From NCBI GenBank assembly GCA_965112155.1, contig OZ218114.1: a stretch of 64,000 bases of DNA; one strand, given 5' to 3'. The stretch is from Podarcis liolepis. Taxonomy: Eukaryota. A program made the position numbers and the translations under genes. The notes under the pieces were generated by a model. That model worked only from the letters and a program-made list of their open reading frames with translations, was not told the DNA's origin and did no database searches. The first letter of the stretch is position 1, and each line of letters starts with the position of its first letter. This document shows positions 1-13,590 of the stretch, in pieces.

Positions 1-264
1 CTATCCTAAGGTGACCAATACAGTTTCAGTCCTGAAACCAGTTCAGAAGCTAGATTGGAAATGATAGCAGATAATCAGCCTCATCCAAGAAAGTTCAGAA
101 CTGGGCCATCACCACCACATGCTCAGGCACCTTGCTTGAGTATAGCACATTCAAAACTGGTCCAGTGAAGGCTTCCACAGAAGGGATTACACAGTACTGG
201 AACCACACTTTCCCTCAGGCATTATTAATTGCCTTGGTATCTGTATAAAGGGTGTTAATGACAT

Positions 265-637
265 CTTCTTTTTTGGTAAATATTTTTTATTGATCAATTT
301 CCACATAACAAATTATCAAATGATATAATCACATACATTATCCCCCCCCCCGGACTTCCCTCAGCTCCTCTCCCTGATTTCTCTTCACATATTTTCTCTG
401 CACATTATAAAATTGTACATATCCTTACATATCTATCCATCATCTTATCAACCAATAAATTTGTGTATGTTTATTCAAAACCTGCCAAGGAGTCCAGTTC
501 ATTTTGTTGTCTTTTTAAATAGTTTGTAAAAAGTTCCCATTCCTCCTTGAAGTCACAGTTGTCCTTGTCTCGCAATTTGTAAGTCAATTTGGCCAGTTCT
601 GCATATTTCATCAATTTCTCTTGCCACTGTTCTTTCG
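265..637 (-). mobile_element. 5'-truncated L1-clade LINE (ORF2 C-terminus, 3' UTR, A-tail)
   Basis: Minus-strand TKEQWQEKLMKYAELAKLT...EEWELF peptide, AATAAA plus A-rich tail, TSD taatgacat at 256-264 and 638-646. Confidence 0.8.
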
Positions 638-3600
638 TAATGACATTTTTAATGAATAAATAATCCTGAGCTAGATGGTCCAGCTTGGTATAAGCCTGCT
701 TTTTGTGTTCTTCTACATACATTAGAAAATTTGGGGTTGCTAACTTCTAAGGGGCAGCCTTTCTAAGAGAATTTCCACCCAAGCCAATCCTTGTCAACTC
801 CTCTTGGTTGTGATGATTGTTTTGTGTTTTGTGCATGTGGCTGCTGAGCAAGGAATTATTGGGGTACGCTCATAAGTCTTGTTACAATTTCATTTTGAGA
901 GTCCACTTCCTTGCTGCAGATAAGTTTGCCCTCCTGGTTTTGCTTCTGATCTCCTACTCCTGGCTGTCATGTGTGAAAGGTGATGTGTGTACAGACTAGT
1001 TTTTGTAAAGACTCTTACAAGTCTCTACACCGAAAGTATATACAGCAGCCTTATATATATTTCTATACCCGTGTGTGTGCAAACCAGTCTTGTAAAGAAA
1101 CATGTCTAGGCCCATGTGTGTCTTATTCCATTGCCGTATCAAAACTACCTACCCGCAACCTAAAGTGAGGTGGCAATTTGACAGAGATGCCTCTGCCTGT
1201 CACTTTGGATCATCTTTTGTTTGCTGTTGCATAAGGCAACCGAGAGGGTGAGGTCTTCTTGCCCTGAGCTTAGCTGTTGTGGACTGTTACAGCATGTTAA
1301 ATCCTGCAAGTGCTGGGGCCCACTGGCCTCCACTTTGAACATGGGGAGGAGGAGACTTCAGTGTAACAGCTCAGCCAGAAGCTGCTGCTAACAATTTGCT
1401 CAGCTTCTCTGGCTGGAGTTGTGTAAAAGGAGCTGTTGGACGTAATGACAGATTCCTCTGGAAGCTGCTGCCAGTTGGGTGCATGAGCCAAGCCATCCCA
1501 CGCATCATCTCCTCCTGGAGGCCATGTGGTATAACTGGTGCTGTGCTTTGGGAGGTGCTGAGCAACCCTCGGGCCTGTGGCTCTAAGAGCAGCACGCCCT
1601 GGGCTGTGCGCCAGCTTGCTTGACTTGATGGCAGGAGCCTTAGTTAAAATACTTGGCTTTGGGCACTCTAGGGGTGAGCAGGAAGAGGAAATGAGGAGGT
1701 GTCCAAGAGTGAAAGCTGCTGTTGCTCTTGCTTTGTGATTGTCCAAGTTATTGTCGGCTGCCTTCCTCAGAAGCTGGCACTTGGAGAGCCTTCTTGGTGA
1801 CACAATGCTCTTTCGAGTGTGATGCTAGTTTCTGTGCATCGTCTGACCCATATGGTGGAAGCACAGGGAACCCATTTGCAGAAAAGTATTTAATATAAGG
1901 TGGGGAGTGAGAAACACTTTTGGCTAATAGCATTGATGGTGATGCATCTCTCCTGTGCATGCAGCCAGACAGGCCTTTCTTTTAACTCTTCCTCACCAAG
2001 TCACCTCCTGTGAACTCTCTTGAGACAGTTCCAGAGCTAGGCACGAATGCTGCTCCGAATGCTGCTCCGCCTTTCCCAGCACCTCTGTCCAGCTGCTTTG
2101 GGTGATTTTGCAACCCCCACCCCTCATTCCTCATTCTGTGTTTCAGCAGAATGATATCTCAGAGCTTGTCAGTCAGCAGGCTTATTGGCAGTTCCTGGCA
2201 TGCAGTGTTCTCAAGGCAAAAACTGCTGTGACAACATGTGATTCTCCCAAGCTGCTAAACAACTCTGCCTGGCGTTCCAGCTTCTCTCTTATGTCGTGCC
2301 AGTGCGTAGCAGCTGTACTGGGCTCCAGTGCCTCTGGCAGCAGTGCAAAGCCTGGTAATCTAAGAAACACGTTTATTAAGGGACAGGTTATCTCGTGAGC
2401 AGGTCCCATAGCTGGCAGAGGGAATGTCTTGGCCAGGGTAGCAGCAGTGTTTGGCACAGACGTTGCTACCGCTGCAGGCTGCTGGTTCTGGGTGAAGTAG
2501 CAGGGGCTACTCTGTGATTTCATGGGCTGCACGCCTCCATTTTATGAGAACACATCACTTTTAATATGGTATTTTATCGCTAAATGTTTGGCAGCCTGAC
2601 ACAGTTGGACAGAGACTGCCTTTGGTTTTATTCTTGACTCCTTGGCAGTTGTGCAATGAAATCACTTTGTGTTCGTGAAGCACTTTCACTGCAAGTGGTT
2701 GAAAATGTTTATGTGGACATGCAGCAGCTCTCTTTCTCTCGTAACAATCCTGTAACAGGCACTGCTTCGAATACCAAGAAGAAAACAACCACTACTGCTG
2801 CCAGTGTACCCACAGCTGCACAGCCATTTTTTAATGTTCCAAAGGGGTTCTTTAGCAGTTCCCCTGCAACTTGCTCAATAGACTCCCCATGCTGCCATCT
2901 CCTTCTTGTCTTTTAAATGGGTCCATTTCACTTGTTCTTGCTGTGCGTCCAAGTAATTTAGCTGCAACAAGTTCACTGATGTGGCTACGTATGCCTATCT
3001 GAGATTTGAGTCAACAAAAATCTAGCCAAACAAAAAACTTTTGTATTGAAAGGAGATGTGGGGGGTTGTTCCAGCTTTATCACGTAGCTGGTTTCTGAAA
3101 ACTGATACCAGTTTCTAGGAACTGGACATACAGTTCCACCCTTCGATTTGGGCATCTCTTAGTTCCACACACACAATATGCCACAGGAAGGAAATCTTAC
3201 CAATCCTTCAGCTCTGCCATTCTCTGCCAGAGAATGCACATCCAACCCCATTCTGTATCATTGCACGGCTGGTTGTATGGACTTAAATGTTACCAATACA
3301 CCCAGCTGAGCTCCCTTAATTAGCACCCATGTTAGCTCTTTGATCCAAACTCTTGCTTGTGAAAAGCGGTTTTTGCTCCCAAAGAAATGGCTTTTCCCTT
3401 TCCTCTTTGGTTTCCAGGCAACCTGGCCTTTTGCAAGATCACAGCACCCCGATGACGTCTGTGCTGCCCTCCCCCCTCATTCTTTCTTTTTCTCCCCCTC
3501 GGAGGTTCAGAGCTGAACACATGTGAGCTGTTTTTCCTCTTCCCTCCCACGTGCTATGGTACATGTGTGGGAAAAGGCAGCTTGGAGGACGGAACAGCTC

Positions 3601-4651
3601 CGCTTGGATCATCTGCTTTGTGCCAGGCCTTTCTGTATTTGTGTTTCCTTGATTAAAATGGTTGCCTCATGAACTCACTTCACATTGAGCTTTATGCTGC
3701 CCTTCCTGGAGGACCGAGGATGTGCTGCTGGCAATCTTTCCCCAGAGCATCCTGTACAGTCATGGTGGCTAGCAGGGGTGGTTTTGGCATAGATGGAAGC
3801 AGACTCTCTGAACAGGTGACATGAAGGAAGTCCCTTCCAGGAATAAGTGGGTGTGGGATCTGAGCTAGCCCCCAAGAAAGCGAGGCTCTGATCTGGCCAG
3901 GAGCCTGGTTGGAAACTCTGTGCAAAGGCAAGGTCACAGGGAGGCAAGGTTAAAAGTAGCAAGGACAGGGATGATCCAGAAATAAGCAGGGCAGAGATCT
4001 GGGGTTGAAGAAGCAAGAATTTCCTGGTAATGTACGGTAAGCCTCTTGTTGAGTCCCCAGAATATGTGTGGGGTTTTGCAAGTAACGCAGACTGTGTGGA
4101 AATGCAGAGTTGTGGGCATGTGCAACTTGTGGTTGACCCCTGTGCTGAAAACTCATACCATTCTGCCAGGCCAAGTCAGATCCTCCCAGGCAGAATAGCA
4201 GGGAGCTTACTTCAATATATTTATCCTTTTTTCTCCCTGCTTTTCAATGTGCCCCTGCCCCCAACAAGCCCCTGACATAAACTAAGGTTTTTTTCTTTGG
4301 CACACAACTGATTTCCTGGCATTCAAGGCCAAGGCAAACATCTTGGGGATAGGTTATCTGCAACTTTCCTCAAACAATTAGGATAAAAGTGCAGAGTTCT
4401 GGTCAAGAGCCAGGCTTGGGGTTCCTAAATGTATATCACCTTTGTCTTCCAGTTTAGAGCTTCCTTTCTTGGAGACAAAAGAGAAAACCTTGAATCAGGA
4501 GACCAGCTAGAGATTCCACTCCAGTCTCTCCAAAATTGTATTTATTTCATTCATTTGGTTAAAGTACTCTTACTCTACACTTCCCTGCAAAATGGTTCTC
4601 AGAGTGGTTACAAAAATCAGATGCAATACAGTCCCTGCCCACAGTCTACAG

Positions 4652-4857
4652 CAGAGCTTTCCAAACTGTGTGTCGCGACACATTAGTGTGTCGGTTGCAG
4701 TGTGTAGCTGTGTCATGCGAACACTTCCCGTGCTCCTCCCAGGGCTGGAAAGGGGTTAATTTAACATACAGTTTGCTAATAAAACTGAGTTACTGTGTCA
4801 CAAAACGATGTATGTCTAAAAAGTGTGTCACTAACATGAAAAGCTTGGAAAGCTCTG
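4652..4857. mobile_element. hAT (Charlie-like) MITE, 206 bp
   Basis: TIR CAGAGCTTTCCAA(A/G)CT, perfect 8-bp TSD gtctacag (4644-4651, 4858-4865). Confidence 0.92.
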
Positions 4858-5708
4858 GTCTACAGTCTGAAAGACATGGCACATAAGGGAAAAGAGATGG
4901 GGAGGGAAAAGGCAAGTTTGGGCACCAGTTATGCAATGGAATAGTTCAGGCAGTCTGATGGAAAGATGGCTGCTGATTGGCAGGTGGTAGAAAGCCAGAG
5001 GCAGCTTGCCTCCCAGCACAGGTGATGGCTTGCTTCCAGATGGTGTATGGTACGACCTATTTCTTATAAGGTTCACACAAATGATTGAACCAATCTAAAG
5101 TGCAGTAATAAGAATGTGTAATTTATCCTTTGGGAGGTGGTGGCGGCAAGTCGCATCAGGGGATTTCTGCAGGGAATGCTGCGACTAAGCTGCTGTGAGT
5201 TGCTGCTGTCCCACTGGTGTTCCTGGTACTCCTCTGCTGCCCTTTCCTAGCATGCCATTGGTTCCCCAGGCAAACTGGCCACCTCTGCAAAGCTACAGAT
5301 TGGAACAAAGACTCTTAGGGTTGGCGTGCCAGACATCTGGCAGATCCTGTCAAGTGACTGCCTAATATTTGATGGCAGCCAAATATTGTCAACTATTCTC
5401 TGAATCCAAGAATGCCACACTTTTGCTAGTGGCTTGCTTGTTAATTTCCTGGTGATGTCATTTGTTAGCCAGGGCAGGAGTGAGAGCTGTTTGGCTCTTG
5501 AGTTGGCAGAAGTCAGCGCCAAGCGTCGTAGCACAGGAAAGCTTCTCCTGCTGGCTGCCTGCTAAAGATAAACAGAAGGAGTCAGCAGTAGTGAAAGGGT
5601 AAACTGCAATTTTCTTAAAAATTGTAACTGCAGGGCAGCCTTCCCCAACCTGATGTTTTGGACTACAACTCACATCATTCCTGACCATTGGCAATTGTGA
5701 TTGGGACT

Positions 5709-6272
5709 AAGAACATCTGAAGAGCCTAGAGCTAGAACAGACTAACGGGGATCATCTAGTCCAGCTTCCTGTTCTCACAATGGCCAGCCAGATGACCTAG
5801 TGGGAAGTCTGCAAACAGGATCTGAGTGCAACAGCAGCATTCTCACCACTGATGGGTTGTAGCAGTTAGTATTCAGAAGCATACCTGGCAGTGGAGTGGA
5901 GGTAGAACATAGTCATTATGGCTGCAGTGTTCAAATTTTGCCAGGCACATTTGTGACCAAGTGAAGATGCCTAGGTTCCAGGAAGGTGCCTGATGGAGAC
6001 ATCTGGAGGTGCAGGCTTGGGGATCCTTGGACCTTGACTGTTTTCACACACTAGCAATACATCCTGTAGAAGTCTATCTGTTATATTTTATCTGCACAAT
6101 CAAAATGAATCTCAGGAACCAAAAAGTCATATTGAAAAATACAACTTTTGAGCCATCTGACCTCAAAATGGCAACTGTAACCCTGGTTTAAGGACCCATT
6201 TGGTGCCTAGATTATATATCTGAGTTTCTAATACTGTATGGATGGTAGCTGTTCATATCCCTATCCTCCATG
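5709..6272 (-). mobile_element. CR1 LINE 3' end, interrupted by a hAT MITE
   Basis: Reverse-complement similarity to the CR1 3' end at ~44570-44780. Confidence 0.65.
5925..6236. mobile_element. hAT MITE, CAGTGTT-TIR family, copy 1
   Basis: Ends CAGTGTTCAAA and GTTTCTAATACTG; TSD tatggctg/tatggatg (7 of 8). Confidence 0.8.
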
Positions 6273-6924
6273 GTAGCTAAGTTTAACAACATCTGGAGGG
6301 CACTTTGTTGGGAAAGGCTGCTGTTGGGTGATCAAAGCCAAAGAGGAGAAGAATGTTTCAGTGAGTCATTCACTTTTATAGAAAACTTTCCTAACATTGG
6401 TGAAAGTTGGAATATAAATTGATATTTTTAAAATAAAAAACAAGGTTAACTTTTGTAGTGAAACAGTGAAATTAACTAATCTCTTGTAAGTAACATAGGC
6501 ATCAAATAATTTTATTATTAAATTATTATTGCTGTACTAATCCCATATGCAACTCCCATCTATTTTATCTGTCCTTGTATCAAGGTTTGTGTTAGATTTG
6601 ATTGTGGTTTTATTGCATATTTAGTGTTTGTTGATGTTATGGATGATGTCATGGCCACTGGCCAGAACAGTAAAAGTATGATTTGATTTCATTTTGTTGT
6701 GTTAATGAAGTGATTTAAAAATATTTAGCCTGTTTAATTTGTATCCCTCACCTTCAGCATAAATTGCTAACAGAGCAGTAAGAAGCAGAACGAGTATAAT
6801 TTATTTATAAAATAAGGCATAAAACTAATTCAGTAAATTAAAACAAAGAAGTAAAACTTCAGCTGCCTATTCAGATAGACTGGAAAACCGATCTACTCTA
6901 GCCTAAGATCCCAACAATAGCAAT

Positions 6925-7420
6925 TCTTAAAAGCTGGGAAAAACAGAAATAGTTTCTGCTGTTACCTAAATGTTTGCAATGATGGTGTCAGGTGGACCTC
7001 TGAGAAGGACATTCCAAATGTGAGGAGACACTACAGAAAAGGTTCTCTCGTGATCATTCAGGAAAAAATTCTCTTGCTCCAGTCACCACTCCATGAAAGT
7101 CCTCAGATTACTCTGTCAGAGGATGGGCTGATTGATATGGGGAATGCTGATCAAACAAATATCTGGGTCCTAAGCCATATAAGATTTTAAACTTTAAATG
7201 CAAGCACTTTGAATTGAGCTCAGAAACTGACTGGCAGCCAGTGGAGTTGTTTCAATACATGAACCCTTTGCCCAATCCCTGTTAGCTATTCTGTCCACAG
7301 TGTTCTATACTAGCTGTAGTTTCTGAACTGTCTTCAAAGGTAAAGCCATAAAGCGCATTGCAGTATTCCAGCGTTGAAGCTAGTAGGGCATAGATAACTG
7401 GCTAGGCTACCTCTACAGAA
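6925..7420 (-). mobile_element. Decayed L2 LINE 3' fragment
   Basis: Reverse-complement similarity to the L2 at 34080-34811. Confidence 0.65.
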
Positions 7421-7645
7421 GGGGCTGCAGTCCGACCCCCATTGATAAAAGACCCCTAGTGACACGGAGGTTGCTTGAGCCAGAAGAGTGAGAGATTAAT
7501 AGCACTCCCAGATCCTTTAAACCATTCAAATGCCCAACCCCATGAGTGCTTAAGAGCCTATATTCCAAACATGAATGTGCCTTTGGGGCCTGCGTGTTAG
7601 GAACTGCTAAATTGCAGATACTTGACATTTTGGATTCAGGTCCAA

Positions 7646-8470
7646 GGGAGCAGGTAGTGCTGTGGTCTAAACCACTGAGCCTCTTGGGCTTACTGATCAG
7701 AAGGTCAGCAGTTTGAATCTGTGTGATAGGGTGAGCTCCCATTGCTCTGACTCTGCTCCTGCCAACCTAGCAGTTTGAAAGCATACCAGTGTGAGTAGAT
7801 AAATAGGTGCCGCTGCGGCGGGAAGGTAAATGGCGTTTCCGTGTGCTCTGGCTTGCAGCAGGAGGGTAAATGGCATTTCCATCCACTGTGGCACTTGTCA
7901 CTGTGTCTCATTGCACCAGAAGTGGTTTAGTCATGCTGGCCAGTGTTAGAAACTGAGTTATGAAAGCTAGGAGCTAAATGGTACCTTAAACATAGGTTAT
8001 GGGCGCAACCATGGAATGTCTAGGCACGCTTTTTTATGACAAAAACACAAAGCTGAAAATGAATGAACTGCAGCTAAAATATTTTGTTAATTTTTCACAT
8101 GGTATCGTCCTCCCCCCCCCCCTAATATTCTTATGAGGGTCTCTTCTCTAGTCTTCAGAGAGTAGGTGGAAGTGGGGAGGCAAAAAAGGGTCCTCCTTTC
8201 CTTCAACTCCGCAATTTTAATCCGAATTTTTAAGCGCGGTACTGTGCCCAGAGCTCAGAAACTGCTCACGTTAATGAAATTCCCTGTCACAAAATGCGCC
8301 TAGAACAATGGGAGTTTTGAACACTGATGCTGGCCACATGACCAGAAAAGCTGTCTGTAGACAAACGCCGGCTCCCTCGGCCTGAAGCAAGATGAACGCT
8401 ACACCCCATAGTCAAGTTTGACTGGACTTAACCTTCCAGGGGTACTTTTCCTTTACCTTGACCTACCTTT
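7646..8470 (+). mobile_element. Sauria SINE split by a hAT insertion
   Basis: Homologous to 9900-10245 on both sides of 7941-8326; (ACCTTT)-type tail. Confidence 0.85.
7941..8326. mobile_element. hAT MITE, CAGTGTT-TIR family, copy 2 (386 bp)
   Basis: TIR CAGTGTTAGAAACT/CAGTGTTCAAAACT; perfect TSD atgctggc (7933-7940, 8327-8334). Confidence 0.9.
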
Positions 8471-9509
8471 ATCCCCATGAACACTGATGTTTAGCTGTGT
8501 CAGAATGCATTCTGTTCTCTTTCCCTCCAGTCCCATAGTTCAGGTGGATTGTTGCCTTTTAGCCATATTAGTTCTCATAGGAAATGCCATGTACTGAAGT
8601 GAGGGATGTGTAGAGAACTTTTCTTGGGTGGTTGCCTCTGGACCTTGACTGGGTGACTAGAATGAGGAAATGCAGGGGTTCATCTCAGAGAAGCAATCAT
8701 TAGAAGATGTGCACATTTGGCTTTCCTGTTTCCTGCTATGTGATGCAGAAACCTTGATTGCATTCTGAGGATCCTCTTCAATGACAGTGAAGTTCTTAGG
8801 AAAGGTCTGGGTGGGGAGAGCCTCCTCAGAGACTCCTTCTGGTTAGAGTTGTGAATTCTTGAAGCTCCTCTGTGCTGGATGGGAATGCTTACCTCTGAAC
8901 CTTTTCAGTTCTGTTCTCTCCCCAGTGAGCTCTGCCTGGTGCCATCATTAATGCCCTCCTTGCTTAATGTCAGACACATGACTGAGATTTTCTTGTTCTA
9001 GCAGACATTTTAAAGTAGTGTTTGGTTTTATGATAAATTTTTATTGTTTTATTGTCCCATTTTCTGTGAATAGTTTTTATGTTTAGAAATGTGAATAATT
9101 AAGCAGTATATGTCTTAAGTAAAATAAAAATAAACATCTTTTTGGCACCAGGGAAAAACTTCTTTCTTCTCCCAGTATTTGATGGATCATGATGATTTTG
9201 TTGCTGTTTTACTGACTCTTTTCTATGGAAATTAGTATGGGTTTTGTTATAATGTATTGCTGTTTTTCTGATGTTTATATTCTGCTTTATGTTTTTAAAG
9301 TTTTTAAAGACACTTTGATATGCTTTACATAGCAAGCAACTAATAAATTGAATAGATCAAAAATAATAACTGGCAGAATGCAGCCAACTTAGTATGTGTG
9401 TGATGCACCAGGTCACTGAAGTGAACTTGTCTTGTCAATTACCAGCAAATCAGGGTTCTGCTATTCAGCAACAGATGACAGTTTTTCTCCAGAATTAAAT
9501 TACTTCAGG

Positions 9510-9773
9510 TAGGGTTGCCACACGTCCAGGAAAACCTGGACATGTCCTCTTTGGGGGGGGGGCAATATCCAGGTGGATTTTTACATTTTAAAGGAAATGT
9601 CGGGGGGGGGGATTGGGCTGCTCTGAACACTGCGGCCACTGCCAGTAGGAGCCAGGGAAAGAGGCGCACGGGCGTGGTGACATCCCCTTGCGCCTGTGCA
9701 CCTCTTTCTCTGGCTCAGACTGGCAGCGGCTTGGGCTGTCTTCTTTTTTGCTCTTCAAGATATGGCAATCCTA
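9510..9773. mobile_element. hAT (Blackjack-like) MITE
   Basis: TIR TAGGGTTGCCA/TGGCAATCCTA; flanking direct repeat (a)cttcagg. Confidence 0.8.
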
Positions 9774-9899
9774 CTTCAGGACTAGTATAATCAGAAGTTT
9801 GAGGGAAGGGAGGAATGCTTGTGTTGCCTGGAAGGTCAACTTGGTATCTCTTCGCCCAGAGCAAGGAGAGAAAATAAAACTGAACTACAATGTCTGTTA

Positions 9900-10245
9900 G
9901 CGACGCGGGTGGCGCTGTGAGTTAAACCACAGAGCCTAGGGCTTGCCGATCAGAAGGTCAGCAGTTCGAATCCCCGCGACGGGGTGAGCTCCCGTTGCTC
10001 GGTCCCTGTTCCTGCCAACCTAACAGTTCGAAAGCATGAAGTGCAAGTAGATAAATAGGTACTGCTCGGGCGGGAAGGTAAACGGCGTTTCCGTACGCTG
10101 CTCTGGTTCGCCAGAAGTGGCTTAGTCATGCTGGCCACATGACCCGGAAGCTGTACGCCGGCTCCCTCAGCCAATAAAGCGAGATGAGCGCCGCAACCCC
10201 AGAGTTAGTCACGACTGGACCTAACGGTCAGGGTCCCTTTACCTT
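9900..10245 (+). mobile_element. Full-length Sauria SINE
   Basis: tRNA-like head with box A (GTGGCGCTGTG) and box B (GTTCGAATCC), CpGs retained, CCTTTACCTT tail, 14-bp TSD tacaatgtctgtta (9886-9899, 10246-10259). Confidence 0.95.
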
Positions 10246-13200
10246 TACAATGTCTGTTAACCTCATACTACTTTGGCCGTTGTAGACTATGTGGCGACTC
10301 CTACAGCTAGCTTTGGGGCCTCTCTCTCCAACCGCTTGGCATTGTCAATATTGCCACCTGTACCACCAGCCACGCATAGTGACCTGTTCACAGATGGTGG
10401 TATATGTGCAGGAAAGGGAGGTGGTCTAGGATAGCGCTTTTCTCTGCTCCAGTTTGCACTAGGTAGTTTTTGCTCTTTGCTAAAGGCAGACGAGAACATT
10501 GGCAGCCTGGGGGTGACTGGTACAAGAGGATAAGTATGCAAATATCCCATTGTCCTGTGTTTGGAAAGCACTGCCGCTTAACAGAATTATTTGGTAATAA
10601 ACTCCATGGCAGAGAGATTTGGGTGTGTAAGGGTCAAATGCAAGCAAGCCCCAGGGCTTTACTGAGACTGCCTTGACACTGTGGACAACTTTTCCCTGTA
10701 CCTGGAAATTGCAGGCTTACAGGAAGTCTGACAGTGTGAGCTGGGGCAGGCATAGGAAATAGCAGCTTTGCAGTTGGTACCTTTTATCCAGAAAGACTCT
10801 GAGACTGTGCCTCTCACCCTCTTTGTCACTAAATGCAGCCAGCCCCCACAGGGGAGAGCACCAAGGTTTCAGATGGGCTGCCTCCTCAGGAGGTTTACAT
10901 TTGCCACTACTTAAAATGCAAGCTCCCTCTCTAGTCAGTGTTGGGCTCTTTCTCCACTGCCACCCCTGACAATGAGGAGTAGAACAGAGCTCTAAACTCT
11001 TAATTGCCCTCAAAAGAATCCTATTTGTGGAACTGGTACAGAGTCGGGATACGTCATTCCTTTTGAGAATTGAAAAGAACTCCAGTGCTTTTACAGGAGA
11101 GCTTCCACTAGAGCTTGCAAACAGAAGCAGATGGCAAGGCCATGGCAGGGAGGCATGGTGACTGAGAGAGCAAGGGCACAGTGGTGATGCCACCTTGCCT
11201 GACTTGAATGTGCACAAGGACCTTGGCACGTGGTCTCAGGCAGGGCGTAATGACAGCATGCTTGGAAGCCGTGTGCTGCGGTGTGATCCTGAGAGCTGCC
11301 CAATGCTGATGGAGGGTTTGTTATATAAGGTCACCAACAAAAGCGTCTAAGTTCAGAGCCTTGTCTCCAGCTGAGATTTATGTGCGTCTGCCAATAAAAA
11401 TGGGCTCCAGATGTGAGTAAACGGCTCAGAGCTCTTTGAATGGCTGCATTTTCCTCACTTGATCTGGATTTAATTTGAGGCTGCAGAGCAGCAAAAGTGA
11501 AACTTCCAGTAGTCGCTTAATACTATGGCAGAAAGGCAAAAGACAGCAGCAAGAGGCTTACCCCGGTGGTGATGGTGGTAAAATAAAACAAGCCGCAAGA
11601 CTCTCCCCCTCACAGTAAGGTTGCTGAAATTATTTGCCCTAAAACTCTCTTTAGCTTCCCCACCCCCAAAAGCTGCTGGGCCCTGCCACTCCCCACCCCA
11701 AATGTGTGGCAATTTTGTGTCCTGATATTCTTGGCCTGGGGAGTGCTTGATTTGGATTTAATGTGTTGGTTGTTCATCAGAGATGGCAGCCTTGACTTTT
11801 TATGCTCCAGCTTCCTCTGTGACTGACAGGCAAGCTGTGGCCCCGGGGTAATTTTGCAAGGCATTTTGGGCTTGGAGAAGAGTGCTCTGGGGCCAGAGAA
11901 CTGGCTTCCCATGGCAGTCCGGTTTTCTGAGACAATGGGTGATTATTGTGGTGTTGATGTCCACTACTGCCACCTATTGGCTGCTTGCACACACAATGGG
12001 ATGGAAATGCTGCTTCTAGAACCCTGAAAGACCAAGCCTTTACTGGCTTTCACAGGACAGCTTAAGGGGGAACAAATTTCATGGAAGGCCTGATAACTTG
12101 CAGCACTCAAAATAATAGATTATTTTACTTTTTAAGACATTGTAATTCTCTCCCTTCGATTCAAAATCCCCACAGTGCTTTACAGTAATGAACAAAAGCA
12201 GGATAAAGTAATGAAAGGCAGTGTTCAACAAGTCTCACCAAAGGCTGTAGGGAATACAGAGGTTCAACGTGAAAAACAAAAACGTCTTTGCCTGCTGCCT
12301 AATGACTGCCTCCTAAAAAGGCAGATGATATTCACACCCCATTTGTAACTCCTGGGCCCAGACTTTCACCCCATTCTGGTAGGTTAAAAAAAAAAGGCAC
12401 GGATGGCAAGGATCAAGCAAGCATGTTATAAGCAGTACTCCTGCAAGCATTTTGTCCATGTCTACAGGCCAAAGAAACTGAAATACATGCCTTAATACTA
12501 CACGGTACTCTGGACCCATCCACAAATGTGGTGCTGAACTTGTGGAGTCCAGGTTGAATGGTTGCTGTTGGGCATCTTTTTCAGAATTGCAGTTGATGTT
12601 TTAATAGGCTTCTATGGGCCTTTTGTGACCCTTGGGTGGCACCTGATTGAGCAGACACAGGGCATGGGAGTTCATCTGCGTTGGCATTTCGGTCCCCTCT
12701 GCTCCTCATTTACCTGATCAGTTCCCAGCTGATAGGGAGAGAAAAACCTGTGTCTGGGCAAGTTGTTATACAGTTGTCTGTGGTGGGAGAACTGTGAGCT
12801 TTCTGGGGAGAGAAGGGGGAGCTTCTGTGGAAAAGATGGAGCAAAGAATCAACGGGGCAGGTAAGTTCATAATGTGTCAAAGGGCTGTCTCCTTCCAACC
12901 TGGAGTCCTTTGTGCAGCTGACCTACTTCTGTTTGTATGGCTGCTGCTGTCATAGTCTCTGCACGTGTTAGACAGTGGGATGTCTTGTCCAGTCCTGCTT
13001 GGGTTTCATGTTGCTTAAGCAGGAAATATCACTTTCTACAAGAAGTAAAGTTGCCCGAGAGCATTGCGGTTTCTTCTGCTGTTCCTTGCTGCCCATCTGG
13101 GATGGGCTTGATGGCTTGAAGGCCAGGTGACATGGAGGGCTTTTGCTTTCTCATTTGGAAACATCATTGAAGTGGAAGTGCTGGGGGGGGGGGCTAAATT

Positions 13201-13431
13201 CTGCCACCCCTTTGTATTGGCATGCATTTGGTTTACGTTCTAGCAGGTAAATACAAGTTTCAAGGAATCCTGTCTGGATGTTACTCCCACTTGAAACTGA
13301 TAAACAGGATGTTTTCATTGATTCCTCATTGTGCCAAGTGGGTGTTGCCTTCCATGTAAAGAGATTGATGTTGCCTCTAGTGTGCTGTATTCCCCCCCCC
13401 CCTCGTACGCGTAACTCACCTCTGTTTTCCA

Positions 13432-13590
13432 GTGGTGCAGCAATAAAACCGCTTGCACATTTGCAAAGCTAAGCAGGGTCCAGTATGGTTTCAAATCAGA
13501 TGGGGAACTGTGTGTTGAGATTCCTGCATTGCAGAGAATTGGACTAGATGGCCCTTGAGGTCCTCTCCAGCTCTCCATTTCTATTATTCT
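13432..13590 (+). mobile_element. Short SINE-like element with a 5S rRNA-like segment and CR1-type tail
   Basis: AAGCTAAGCAGGGTC (5S box A region) at 13466-13480, GATGGGGAAC box C-like motif, TTGGACTAGATG...TTCTATTATTCT tail. Confidence 0.55.

Noticed and set aside
471-722. 83-aa minus-strand ORF
   Set aside because: Its C-terminal part is L1 ORF2 remnant and its N-terminus is flanking DNA beyond the TSD
1160-2916. Cluster of 60-168 aa ORFs in intron 1 (possible nested gene or retrocopy)
   Set aside because: No recognisable domain, no consistent frame or splice structure; a BLASTx would be needed to exclude it fully
5240-5620. Repeat-free stretch with NFI/FOX-like motifs and a GTAAAC donor-like site (alternative first exon?)
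   Set aside because: Motifs are short and expected by chance; no promoter evidence
7413-7645. KDLGVLL motif on the minus strand suggesting another LINE RT fragment
   Set aside because: Single short motif; family and boundaries cannot be supported
9900-9990. tRNA gene or 5S rRNA gene (also 13466-13510)
   Set aside because: Pol III boxes belong to SINE heads; no full cloverleaf or full-length 5S sequence
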